A DNA stretch of 64,000 nucleotides, taken from an uncultured virus (IMG/VR IMGVR_UViG_3300044858_003318). Lineage: Duplodnaviria; Heunggongvirae; Uroviricota; Caudoviricetes. Positions within the stretch are counted from its first letter, which is position 1. The number at the start of each line of letters is the position of its first letter. Positions 28,983-38,619 of this stretch are shown in pieces. The notes beneath the pieces were generated by a model, which made no database searches, was not told the DNA's origin, and saw only the letters and a list, made by a program, of their open reading frames with translations. The DNA is taken from the IMG/VR virus record IMGVR_UViG_3300044858_003318. One strand, given 5' to 3'. Both the position numbers and the translations under genes were made by a program.

Positions 28983-30757
28983 TCGATATCCAATTCGCGT
29001 TTTAATGTAAGTATCTCTTCTTCCGAATATCCCTTTTCACGCAGTGTTGCTAATCGATCAGTGGTTTGTCCAGATGCATTTTTAAAATCGATTTTTATTT
29101 GAGATCCAACCGTACTAATAGTACTCGGTTCATCGACAGTCGCAGATTGGTCTGCATTACCAACTGATCCGATTCCTAACCCAGCTGCAACTCCAGTTAC
29201 AGCAGCTACTGGTTGCTCTACATATGTTTTTAAGTAGTTATTATATACCATATACAACGCCGGCATGATAACTCCTTGTGGATTATCTTCTGTGTCCCAT
29301 CCAATTTTTTCTGCGAAATCTTCTAATTCATTGTATACAATATCAACGTTCTTTGGATTTGACAATCGATATGAATCTAATTTAATTATTTTAGAAAACA
29401 TTTCAGGCATTCCCGCAGTAGCTACTGCCCCAGGTCGAAATATGTTAGATGCTTGTGAAAATGTATTTTCAACATATGTTTTATACAATTTATTATCAGT
29501 GGATGTTCTGGCAATATAATCTGATATCTTTTTCCATTTTAATGGATCGGTCTGTTTAACATTATCCATCCAATCTCTAATTTGAGAAAAAGATTTTACT
29601 TGAAGCCACGGAGGTATTCCAAATGATGCCGCTTCCGCAGCTGAATACTTTTTATTGCTTTTAAATATAAGTGCAGTTTTATCTGGACTATTTATTAGTT
29701 GCTTTGCCCATCGAACATCCATCGCATCCTTAAGCAATTTTAATTCTCTTGTACCTACTCCATATTTTTTTAAGATATTTTTAGCAGTGCTATATACACC
29801 AACAGATCCAATAGTTAACACTTTATTTAAAACATTACCACCAGTTTTAGCAGCTTTTGATGCTTTAGCTGCCGCAACAACTTTTGATGCAAAAGATTGT
29901 CTAATAGGCCTAGTTACTGTGTTGTTTAATGAACCAATAACTCGATCTATTTGTCTGTCAACCCCAGGTCCGAAGTATTTCTTTCCCTTTAAAAGAATGT
30001 TAGCCACAGCATCGCCTTTATCAGCTACTAGTTTTAAATGAGACTTGCTAAGTTTACCAGACGCAACTGCTTCTTGATAAAATTTAGTTAACTGTGTAAT
30101 ACTACTGCTAGATCCACCTGCAGCTTGTTTCCAAATTTTAGATGCCGAACTCATTCCGCCTAAAGTTTGTATAGCACCTTTAAAACCTAATTTTATACCA
30201 GATCCTACAACTGGTATGATTGCAACTAAAGATAAAGTACCTTCTAAATATTTACCTCTAGAAAAATATATTATAGCATTAACAGCATCTATTATATCAC
30301 CATATCCTGGAATCAATCCAAGCCAATCCATTGCAGTTTGAATAGTATCAATGGTAGATGGAGCTTTGTCGCGAGCTTGTTTTGCTGTAATTGCTTGTTG
30401 TTTTTGTTTGCTTTGTTTCTGTTTTCTTAACGACGAAACTTTAATTACTTCTAATTCGTTGCCATCAACTGATAATTTAGGTGTACCGCCGGTTTCTGAA
30501 TAGTTCCACGTTGTTTCGGTGTTTGATGATTGAATATATGCAGTACCATCACTAAATAATTGTACCATGCCTATTTCAGGATCATCAAATGAATATGTTC
30601 TTAACCCAGAAAAGTTTCCTGGTGTTTCACCAGACGATCGAAATAGTTGATCAACTTTAGTCCATTTGGGTGAAGTTTGTTCTTGTATTAGTTGTTCCGT
30701 AAGAACAGATTCAACTTCTTCCTGTATAATTGTATTTATTACTTTAAATTTTGACAT
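28979..30757 (-). CDS. large putative virion protein with pre-toxin-TG-like helical segment
   Basis: DWLGLIPGYGDIIDAVNAIIY..G.Y....LSLVAIIPVVG; N-terminal IIQE/VLTE/LIQE sites. Confidence 0.6.
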   Translation of the reverse strand: MSKFKVINTIIQEEVESVLTEQLIQEQTSPKWTKVDQLFRSSGETPGNFSGLRTYSFDDPEIGMVQLFSDGTAYIQSSNTETTWNYSETGGTPKLSVDGNELEVIKVSSLRKQKQSKQKQQAITAKQARDKAPSTIDTIQTAMDWLGLIPGYGDIIDAVNAIIYFSRGKYLEGTLSLVAIIPVVGSGIKLGFKGAIQTLGGMSSASKIWKQAAGGSSSSITQLTKFYQEAVASGKLSKSHLKLVADKGDAVANILLKGKKYFGPGVDRQIDRVIGSLNNTVTRPIRQSFASKVVAAAKASKAAKTGGNVLNKVLTIGSVGVYSTAKNILKKYGVGTRELKLLKDAMDVRWAKQLINSPDKTALIFKSNKKYSAAEAASFGIPPWLQVKSFSQIRDWMDNVKQTDPLKWKKISDYIARTSTDNKLYKTYVENTFSQASNIFRPGAVATAGMPEMFSKIIKLDSYRLSNPKNVDIVYNELEDFAEKIGWDTEDNPQGVIMPALYMVYNNYLKTYVEQPVAAVTGVAAGLGIGSVGNADQSATVDEPSTISTVGSQIKIDFKNASGQTTDRLATLREKGYSEEEILTLKRELDIE

Positions 30758-30782
30758 GATACATCGTATTTATTAATAAATA

Positions 30783-31133
30783 TCACGTTTTCCAAAAGAG
30801 CTGTACTAATATTAGTGCAAATGCTAATAATAAAGATATTGCAGTTTTTGCATTAATTGCCTCATCACGAAAAATATATGTCATTAGTGTGAATATGAAT
30901 ATACCAGCACAAAATGAAATAAAACGTCCGGGCCAAAATAACCCACCGAATCCATACACAACATAACTAGTTGCTTCCATAAACAACCACGTGATAGGAA
31001 CTCCTAGTAACATTAAAGCCCATCGCCATTCTTTTGCCCATGGCCAAATTAATGGACCATTAACTTGTATCCAAACTATAATTTGACCTAAAATAAATAG
31101 TAAAAATGATAATAGTATGTAACGATAATTCAT
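30783..31133 (-). CDS. 4-TM membrane protein (DMT/SMR-like size)
   Basis: 116 aa, four hydrophobic helices. Confidence 0.7.
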   Translation of the reverse strand: MNYRYILLSFLLFILGQIIVWIQVNGPLIWPWAKEWRWALMLLGVPITWLFMEATSYVVYGFGGLFWPGRFISFCAGIFIFTLMTYIFRDEAINAKTAISLLLAFALILVQLFWKT

Positions 31134-31185
31134 ATACTATAATATGAACTTATTACATGTATTCAAAATTATATTAATACGATTA

Positions 31186-31602
31186 TTATCGTTCGCCTTT
31201 ATGTGTATCAAATTTATCTAGAATTTGATTCAAAAGGTTTGCTTGAATGAATCCAGCCATGGATGCATTTTTTAATGCACTTAATAATTCAAAAACAATA
31301 AATGGCACCAATATTGTTTCACTTAACCAACCGGTGCCAGGAAATCCTTTTTCCACTAGCAATAACACTGTTAAAATTACAATCCATGTTACTGTGGTTC
31401 GCAATACTTTTAGTGCTTTAAATGTTTGGAAGCCTTCTCGTTTAACGCCAGCAACTATTCCAAAAAACCCGTCGAACAATACCACAGCAATTAATGCCAA
31501 ATATTGTTCGACGTGATCTAAGGTTAGATTGTAAAAATATGTACTAATAAATGTCATGGTTGTTGTTAGTACAAGTGATATTGCTAATGGGATTGATTTC
31601 AT
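31186..31602 (-). CDS. phage holin family protein
   Basis: 3-4 TM; D.FFG...G.K; ELLSALKNA...G motif; translationally coupled to the endolysin. Confidence 0.75.
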   Translation of the reverse strand: MKSIPLAISLVLTTTMTFISTYFYNLTLDHVEQYLALIAVVLFDGFFGIVAGVKREGFQTFKALKVLRTTVTWIVILTVLLLVEKGFPGTGWLSETILVPFIVFELLSALKNASMAGFIQANLLNQILDKFDTHKGER

Positions 31603-32420
31603 TATTTTATATCATTGGATTCAATTAATGTGTATGAAAATTTATTTCCGTTTGCTGCACGAGCTATACGACAAATTGCCATAAACTCTTCGAAGTCTTT
31701 AGAACGTTTAAATACTTGGCATCCTTCTGACCAATTCTCTACAAATGTTGAGTCTGCACCAGCTTTATGAATATTGATTCCAAATACACCTTCTTGAATT
31801 TTATTTTCATCATATGTCATATCCTTGTTCGGATCACGGAATACTTTAACTGCTTTATTTTGTCCTAAGGCTTCATATTTCCCAGCATGTAATCGCATAA
31901 TATGAGAATCAATATATTGTCCTTCTACTAATCGTGCTACACCCGCTTTGTTTCCATATTTCATAACGCCCTTTGTTCCAGGATCTGTTGTTGCTGGCCA
32001 GCAATGGAATTTTTCTTCACCACCAACTGTGTAAGATAATGTGATATGGTCGTCAAACAAATTTGTTACTTTGTGACCTGTGTCGGAATTTCGAGCTCCT
32101 ACAATGTTTAATAGATAATCTTTACCTTCAAACCATTTGTATCCTTTTGCAATAACTGCATTCTTAACTTGCTCTAATGTATATTTAGGAGCAGCAGTTG
32201 TTTTAGAAGCTGGTTTTGCTGCAGTTTTTGATTCTACAACTATTCCCATTTTAGCTAATGTAGCAGGTCCTACTACTCCATCTGCTTTTAAACCATTCTT
32301 AGTTTGCCAAGCTTTTACTGCTTCTTCTGTCTTAGGGCCAAAGTTTCCTACTGGATCTACACCTAATACTACTTGAATTTTCTTTACAACTTCGTTGTTG
32401 TCACCTCTTTTAAGTACCAT
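31602..32420 (-). CDS. endolysin: peptidoglycan-binding domain + L,D-transpeptidase-like catalytic domain
   Basis: G.FGPKTE.AVK.WQ..NGL.ADGVVGPAT; TTDPG...GINIH...WSEGCQV. Confidence 0.85.
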   Translation of the reverse strand: MVLKRGDNNEVVKKIQVVLGVDPVGNFGPKTEEAVKAWQTKNGLKADGVVGPATLAKMGIVVESKTAAKPASKTTAAPKYTLEQVKNAVIAKGYKWFEGKDYLLNIVGARNSDTGHKVTNLFDDHITLSYTVGGEEKFHCWPATTDPGTKGVMKYGNKAGVARLVEGQYIDSHIMRLHAGKYEALGQNKAVKVFRDPNKDMTYDENKIQEGVFGINIHKAGADSTFVENWSEGCQVFKRSKDFEEFMAICRIARAANGNKFSYTLIESNDIK

Positions 32421-32456
32421 AATTAACTCTTTTTTTTTTTGTTATTACTATGTTTT

Positions 32457-33572
32457 TTATTTTTTTTCTTTACTGCCTTCTTGTGTAGCATACTTGATAC
32501 CCATGATTGTACCAACTATTGAAAAGGCATTTGTTAATAATACACTAAACATATTACTCCATGTAGAGCCTATTATTTGTGTGTCTTGGTTTGTTATAAT
32601 AGCCATCCAGTATAATGTTGTTGTTACAACTCCTACTCCTACTATAACAGCTAATGCAACTTTAACAATTATTTTTATTAGCTCACTTTGGCTTTTTTTC
32701 ATCATGACATCTAAGTCATTTAGTGCTGCATCTTTTTCTATCTCAATTGCATTCTTAAGCTTTTGTGAGTTATCAAGTTCTACCTGTAAATTTGTTGTTA
32801 AGTCGTCGATTTTCTTCTTATTGTTTACAGCCTCAGTGACATCGGTTGCAATTTTAACTACATCAGTGATATTTCCTTTACTGTCTAAAACAGGATTGTA
32901 AGATGCTTGTAAATAAACAGTAGATCCATCTACTTTTCTTCTTTCAAATATTCCATCAAAATACTTACCTTTTCTTAAACTATCCCAAAACTTAGTATAG
33001 TCATCAGATTTAGAATACTCATAGCTAACAAAAATGCTGTGATGTTTTCCAATGACTTTAGCTTTTTCATTAGCTTTATAACCCATGGTTTCTAAGAATA
33101 TAGAATTTGCATCTGTTATAAATCCATCAATGTTAAAACTAATAAGAGCTGTACTTCTGTTGATGGCATCTATCTGTTTCTTGCTATTGACAATTGCACT
33201 AATGTCAGTAGCAACTTTCATTATCTTGGTAATCTTGTTGTCTTCATCAAAAATAGGGTTATAAGTTGCTTGAAGATTGATAAGACTTCCATCTTTTCTT
33301 CGTCTTTCAAACTCACCTTGATAATACTTACCACTTCTTAAGATATCCCAAAACTTTTCATACTCATATGACTTTGCGTAATCTTCACATACAAACATGC
33401 TATGGTGTTTACCGATAAGATCTTCGTGTTTACCTATACCATAACCCATTGCTTCCAAAAAAATGTCATTAACGCCTAATATGATACCATTAAGATCGAA
33501 ATAAATAAGAGCATTACTCCTATTAATTGCTTCTATCCTGCTTAATAACTCTTCTTTTGATAGGTTTTTCAT
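32457..33572 (-). CDS. tandem PAS-PAS sensor fused to coiled coil and two C-terminal TM helices
   Basis: two copies of AINRS.ALI.F..G.I...N.IFLE.MGY...IGKHHS.FV...FW..LR.G.Y..G.FERR..DGS...LQA.YNP...K.ATD. Confidence 0.88.
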   Translation of the reverse strand: MKNLSKEELLSRIEAINRSNALIYFDLNGIILGVNDIFLEAMGYGIGKHEDLIGKHHSMFVCEDYAKSYEYEKFWDILRSGKYYQGEFERRRKDGSLINLQATYNPIFDEDNKITKIMKVATDISAIVNSKKQIDAINRSTALISFNIDGFITDANSIFLETMGYKANEKAKVIGKHHSIFVSYEYSKSDDYTKFWDSLRKGKYFDGIFERRKVDGSTVYLQASYNPVLDSKGNITDVVKIATDVTEAVNNKKKIDDLTTNLQVELDNSQKLKNAIEIEKDAALNDLDVMMKKSQSELIKIIVKVALAVIVGVGVVTTTLYWMAIITNQDTQIIGSTWSNMFSVLLTNAFSIVGTIMGIKYATQEGSKEKK

Positions 33573-33625
33573 TCGAATATTCTTTCAGTTTTACGTCAAA
33601 ATTAAATTTGATAGTGACAACTAAA

Positions 33626-33886
33626 TTAACCTAGTTCTTCTTCGTTATTATTTTGATTGTTGTTATTTTTACCTGCAAATTTTTCTAAACCTGCAATACC
33701 CAAACTACCTAAAGTAACAATAACAAATGAATTGTAAATGTATTCGTTAAGTTTCAACTCATTACCAAAGTAACCAGTTACTAAATCAACTATCATTGCC
33801 AATGTCATTACTGCGAAAGACATAAATCCAATGATTGTTTTTTCATTGTAATCGTTTGAGTTTTTAAAAATTTCATTAAACCTCAT
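33626..33886 (-). CDS. small 2-TM holin-like membrane protein
   Basis: 86 aa, 2 TM, polar tail; first gene after class-II promoter at 33948-33955. Confidence 0.6.
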   Translation of the reverse strand: MRFNEIFKNSNDYNEKTIIGFMSFAVMTLAMIVDLVTGYFGNELKLNEYIYNSFVIVTLGSLGIAGLEKFAGKNNNNQNNNEEELG

Positions 33887-33958
33887 AGCATTTCCTTGTT
33901 TTTATTTGTTTAAAACAATAACCTATTCAATTTAAAGTAACTTTTTAATAAATATGTA

Positions 33959-35101
33959 TTAGATTATATTAATAAGATTTTTTTCGTATGTTTCTAATGA
34001 ATATACAGATATTTTGAGATTGCCTAATTGAAAGTCACCAATTTCACCTGAATCCTGTATAATAGATGCTAATTGTTGAATATACATGAAATCCTGGTTT
34101 GTTAATTGTAGTTTATCAAATTCTACTACAATATCATTTTCACCATGCGGATCATTGTAGCCGGTATGAAGTACTCGTTTTGTTAGATCGAATTTAGTAT
34201 TCGGTTGTTCTCGATCAATGTAATGAGTTGTTATAACCTGCATATTATCTTCAATATATATTCTATCACACCACGGTTCTAATAGTTCTAATACATCTGA
34301 TGTGCAATTTTTTACTATGAATGCAATGTTATATTTTGGAGCTTCGGATCTACTTCCCCATTTTCTAACGTAGTTTCGATTGGATGTCAATTCTATTTGT
34401 TGAGTTCTGGTTTGATATTCTTCTGAAAATCTAGATGTCTTACTTACAAAATGATAACATATCGCATCCAATGCCGTAAAACATTTCATTCCTAACATTT
34501 TCCAACGACAAATTAAATCATCATCTTCACAAAACATTGGATTGAATAAATTATCCATACCTCCAATTTCTAACAACTTGATTCTAGGCATACACATAAA
34601 AAACGTAATACCAGATTCGGTTTTATCAGCATATTGTTTTTGTTTGATTTGTACAAACTCATATAAAGCATCTTTATCGAACGCCTCTATAGATGTACCT
34701 AAATCATATATCAATTTACCAGGACGTTCATGATCTGCGAATATAGGCGGCTCTATTGTGGTATATGACACTATATTTTCAGAGTTTACATGTTTTTCTA
34801 AATTTTCAATGAATCCCGGGGCTAAAACGATATCGTTATGCAAATATGCTACATAATCTTTAGTTGCTAATTCAGCAGCTTTATTAAACGTATCGGAAAA
34901 TGTTTTAGATTCATCCGAATAAAAATACTTAACATTATTATCCGTTAATGTTTCTAACCATTCGTGAGTCCCATCTGTTGATCCGTAACTTACAAAACAT
35001 AATTCTGTATCTGGATAAAGTTCTCGAGTTGTTTCATAAAAATGTTTGTTGTAGTCTAAATTATTCTTTAATCCTACTAATAATGATATGTTATTTTTCA
35101 T
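33959..35101 (-). CDS. glycosyltransferase family 2
   Basis: GSTDGT, LHND, CEDDD, HFVS motifs. Confidence 0.88.
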   Translation of the reverse strand: MKNNISLLVGLKNNLDYNKHFYETTRELYPDTELCFVSYGSTDGTHEWLETLTDNNVKYFYSDESKTFSDTFNKAAELATKDYVAYLHNDIVLAPGFIENLEKHVNSENIVSYTTIEPPIFADHERPGKLIYDLGTSIEAFDKDALYEFVQIKQKQYADKTESGITFFMCMPRIKLLEIGGMDNLFNPMFCEDDDLICRWKMLGMKCFTALDAICYHFVSKTSRFSEEYQTRTQQIELTSNRNYVRKWGSRSEAPKYNIAFIVKNCTSDVLELLEPWCDRIYIEDNMQVITTHYIDREQPNTKFDLTKRVLHTGYNDPHGENDIVVEFDKLQLTNQDFMYIQQLASIIQDSGEIGDFQLGNLKISVYSLETYEKNLINII

Positions 35102-35997
35102 AATTCTTGTATTCTTTTTTGTATGTAAAAATCAATATTTTGATTAAAATTAGTTCGTTGTTCTGATACATCAGTCTTAACGATATTATTTCTATAATAA
35201 CTAGAAAATTCTTTTCCAACTAACGGTCCGGTTCCATATTCAAATATAATTTGATTATCTAGTCGATATTGTTGAAAATCATATCCATGTTGTTTGGCAA
35301 TTGTACTAACTACAAGTCCATAATAATCCCATCCTCCATACCCAACCCAATCTTCTTGAACTGGTGCTAATTTTTCGTAATATGATTTACTATATAAATC
35401 GAACCATCCTGCCCATTTTTCTTGATTAATTGGTGTTAATTTAACCGGATCTGATGTTGTTTTAATAAAATAATCTACATCAAATATATCGGTGGTGTGT
35501 TCCCAACCATAATGCGGGCCAATTGCAAATTTGGGATGCGTTAATATTTCCCAACTTTCATCCCACATTCTACATATTTGCGGAGTAATTACGAAATATT
35601 CATTTTTTATTGTAGTCGCCGCTTGTATGATATATTCTAATAAATGTTCATGAAAATACATATCTGGACAAATTGTTATATAATAATCTACCGTTTCATG
35701 CATAGCAGATTTTTGTAAATCCAAATGTCCGTATAAAATATCTCCTTCAATAATTTTTGGATTATGAATATAATCATTCAATAAAATAGAAATATTTTCA
35801 TACTTTTGTATAAAAAAATCTTTTGGAAGTTTTGTTTGTTCCCAATCGATTAGTTTGTCAGATAAATTTAAAACGGAATCAATAATTATTGTATGTTCAT
35901 TTGATAAAAAATACTTAGATTTTTTTAATTGTATAAATGAAAGTAATGCATAGTCAATTTCCCATGGCATTATATGATACATTATTTTTATATTCAT
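35098..35997 (-). CDS. putative GT-A fold glycosyltransferase
   Basis: ICPD DxD-like motif, GYGGWD; cluster context. Confidence 0.55.
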   Translation of the reverse strand: MNIKIMYHIMPWEIDYALLSFIQLKKSKYFLSNEHTIIIDSVLNLSDKLIDWEQTKLPKDFFIQKYENISILLNDYIHNPKIIEGDILYGHLDLQKSAMHETVDYYITICPDMYFHEHLLEYIIQAATTIKNEYFVITPQICRMWDESWEILTHPKFAIGPHYGWEHTTDIFDVDYFIKTTSDPVKLTPINQEKWAGWFDLYSKSYYEKLAPVQEDWVGYGGWDYYGLVVSTIAKQHGYDFQQYRLDNQIIFEYGTGPLVGKEFSSYYRNNIVKTDVSEQRTNFNQNIDFYIQKRIQEL

Positions 35998-36764
35998 AGC
36001 ATTTCTTTTAACTTATTATACGTTTCTTCTATTCCGCGTTTTAATCCAATAAAATTTACATCTAAAGGATAATATTGACCTACATAGCCAGATATATTAT
36101 TTCCTACTGATATCGGAACTTCATATGTATCTAAAGTATTAATAATTTTAGCAATATTATAAAGATATAATTTCAGACCTGAATATATACAATCTAAAGT
36201 TTTTGGTAAATTATTATTATTAATATAATATTCTATTAAAGTAACCAAATCTTTCATATAAATAAAATCCATTAATTTATTTTCGTATATTTGGATCGTT
36301 TCTTTGTTAATATAACGTTTAATATTTGATTTAATAAATCTGGTATCTAATTCATTTTCATCGAACACTCCAAATATTCTTAAATTATAAAAATTTGGTT
36401 TATCGTTAATCGATTGACTAATAATAAATTTGCTTAAACCGTACGGAGTCGAATGAGTTAGTTCAGCACCAGATCCTAAATTTATAAATTTATTATAATT
36501 AGTTTGGTGATTTAAAAGATTATAGTATAATTTTATATTTTGATCTATAATTGAACTGTCTTCTAGTTTGTTTCTGTGACCGCCAACGATTGCAGTATGA
36601 ATTACTACATCAAAATATTTTCCGGAAAACCAATTATTTGTAGCTATCGAATCGGTTAAATCGAAATCATCTCTTCCAATGCAAGTAACCTCATATTTAG
36701 AATGTAAATATGAATACAAACTTCGTCCTATGTAACCATTTTTACCTGTAATTAATATTTTCAT
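35994..36764 (-). CDS. NAD-dependent epimerase/reductase (YerF-like position)
   Basis: TGKNGYIG, GSGAE, YGLSK. Confidence 0.85.
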   Translation of the reverse strand: MKILITGKNGYIGRSLYSYLHSKYEVTCIGRDDFDLTDSIATNNWFSGKYFDVVIHTAIVGGHRNKLEDSSIIDQNIKLYYNLLNHQTNYNKFINLGSGAELTHSTPYGLSKFIISQSINDKPNFYNLRIFGVFDENELDTRFIKSNIKRYINKETIQIYENKLMDFIYMKDLVTLIEYYINNNNLPKTLDCIYSGLKLYLYNIAKIINTLDTYEVPISVGNNISGYVGQYYPLDVNFIGLKRGIEETYNKLKEML

Positions 36765-37759
36765 TTATTCTTCAGCTTTTGTGCTACTTCTAAAATAAGA
36801 TCTTCTTGTCCTGCAACTAATTTTCTATTTCCTAACTCAAAAATAAGAGATGAATATTCAATTCCATATAATTTAGATGCTTTAATTATCGGCTTCTCAA
36901 ATCCGGAAAATAATTTTGTTAATCCAGTTAAAACATTAATGGGCGTGGATACGGGATGTGTTGGAACTAAATAATCCATTACACGATCTGCTTCTTTAAT
37001 CGTTTCTTCAAAACTAATTCCGGTAGAAAAATTACTACGTTCAAACACAGGTAATAATAATTCTAAAGGTGCATTACCAGCTCCAGCCCCAAATCCTCGA
37101 ATACACGCATCAATCAATTCAGCTCCATTTTCGGCAGCTACTAATGAATTAGCTACAGCACATCCTAAATTATTATGCGCATGAAACCCAACTTTAATAT
37201 TTAATTGTGATTTTAACAAACTAATACGTTCTTTTACGTCAGCAGGTAAATAAGTGCCTGTCGAATCCATAATGATAACAGCTTGGGCGCCATATTCTTC
37301 CATGATCTTAGCTTGTTCTGCTAACTCAGCTGGTGTGATTAAAGCAGACATCATTAATACCCCATATACCGTTTTACCGGTCTTTGCTAAATATTCTATG
37401 TGGGATTTTGATAAAGTTGCTTCAGTACAATGTGTTGCGACACGAAATACATCGACTCCATAATCGATAGCTAACATTGCGTCATCAATAGTAGATAAGC
37501 CTGGAATCGTATGAACTCCTAATTTTGATGATTTAAGATTTTTTCTAGCAATAGTTAACATTTCTTTGTCGGTATTAGGAGATTTTCCTATCAATAACGA
37601 CGATGCTGCTAAACCATTACCGTGCCCTACTTCTACAACAGGTATTCCAGCTTTATCCGCAAATTGACAATATCTTTCGATGCTGTCTAAACTAATAGTA
37701 TGCTTAACGCTATGATTTCCGTCTCTAAGACTAGAATCCGTAATGATTATATTTTTCAT
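36761..37759 (-). CDS. dmpG: 4-hydroxy-2-oxovalerate aldolase
   Basis: D.SLRDGNH, EVGHG.GL, ATHCTEA, GFHAHNNLG, GAGAGN, VAGQED. Confidence 0.93.
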   Translation of the reverse strand: MKNIIITDSSLRDGNHSVKHTISLDSIERYCQFADKAGIPVVEVGHGNGLAASSLLIGKSPNTDKEMLTIARKNLKSSKLGVHTIPGLSTIDDAMLAIDYGVDVFRVATHCTEATLSKSHIEYLAKTGKTVYGVLMMSALITPAELAEQAKIMEEYGAQAVIIMDSTGTYLPADVKERISLLKSQLNIKVGFHAHNNLGCAVANSLVAAENGAELIDACIRGFGAGAGNAPLELLLPVFERSNFSTGISFEETIKEADRVMDYLVPTHPVSTPINVLTGLTKLFSGFEKPIIKASKLYGIEYSSLIFELGNRKLVAGQEDLILEVAQKLKNK

Positions 37760-37761
37760 AG

Positions 37762-38619
37762 TTAATGTTTTAATTTTTCTGTAATCTTAATTGCCGCACA
37801 GTTAATAATATCTAAGTTACCGGCATATTCTGGCAGATACTCTCCAGTTCCCTTTACCCTAATACTTAATACAACTACTCCGTTTTCATTTAGTGTAGGC
37901 GGTAATACTAGTTCGTAATATGGTATATAAGTTTTTAATTCTTCTATTTTTTCTGCAATCTTTTCTGTTAAATTATTAAAATCAATTTCTTTAGTTTTAA
38001 TAAAAATAGTAGTTTGCATATCAACGCATGGTTCTGCGGGATTCAAATTAAGAATAACTTTAGTTTTTCTACATCCGGTGAACTTAGTTATTGCATTTTT
38101 TGTAGTTTTAATGTAATTGTCAACATTGATTCTCGTAGCCATTCCGGCACTTTTAGATGCAATTTGAGACACAATTTCTACGTATTCTAATCCTTTACAA
38201 TGTTTTGATATTAAATGTAACATTGGCATTGATGCTTGTCCCCCACACGTAATCATGTTAACATTATCATCCGTTAATATAATATCTCCATTAACATCAG
38301 GTACGCACATATCCCCAACTTTTGCTGGAGTTAAATCAATTACTTTGATTCCTTGTTCTTTAAAGATTTTAGCATGTTCTTTAGCATCTGTAGCATTAGT
38401 ACAATCATATACCACTTCGCAACAATTAGGATTATTTTTGAAATAATCAATTCCTTGATCTGATATTTTAATTCCTTTTGATTTAGCAATACTCATCGTG
38501 CCAGAATCCAATCTTCTTCCTACGAATGCTACTACATCAATAAAGTCAGTTTTAATTGACTTTAACATGAGATCGGTACCGATATTACCTGTACCTAAAA
38601 TTGCTACTTTTATTTTCAT
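37762..38619 (-). CDS. dmpF: acetaldehyde dehydrogenase (acylating)
   Basis: GTGNIGTDL, DLTPA, NMITCGGQA, YLP.YAGNLDI. Confidence 0.93.
   Translation of the reverse strand: MKIKVAILGTGNIGTDLMLKSIKTDFIDVVAFVGRRLDSGTMSIAKSKGIKISDQGIDYFKNNPNCCEVVYDCTNATDAKEHAKIFKEQGIKVIDLTPAKVGDMCVPDVNGDIILTDDNVNMITCGGQASMPMLHLISKHCKGLEYVEIVSQIASKSAGMATRINVDNYIKTTKNAITKFTGCRKTKVILNLNPAEPCVDMQTTIFIKTKEIDFNNLTEKIAEKIEELKTYIPYYELVLPPTLNENGVVVLSIRVKGTGEYLPEYAGNLDIINCAAIKITEKLKH

Noticed and set aside
32457..33572. Methyl-accepting chemotaxis protein
   Set aside because: No MCP signalling hairpin; the protein ends in TM helices
36761..38619. Aromatic meta-cleavage catabolism (dmpFG as auxiliary metabolic genes)
   Set aside because: No dioxygenase or hydratase genes; the pair is embedded in a sugar-biosynthesis operon
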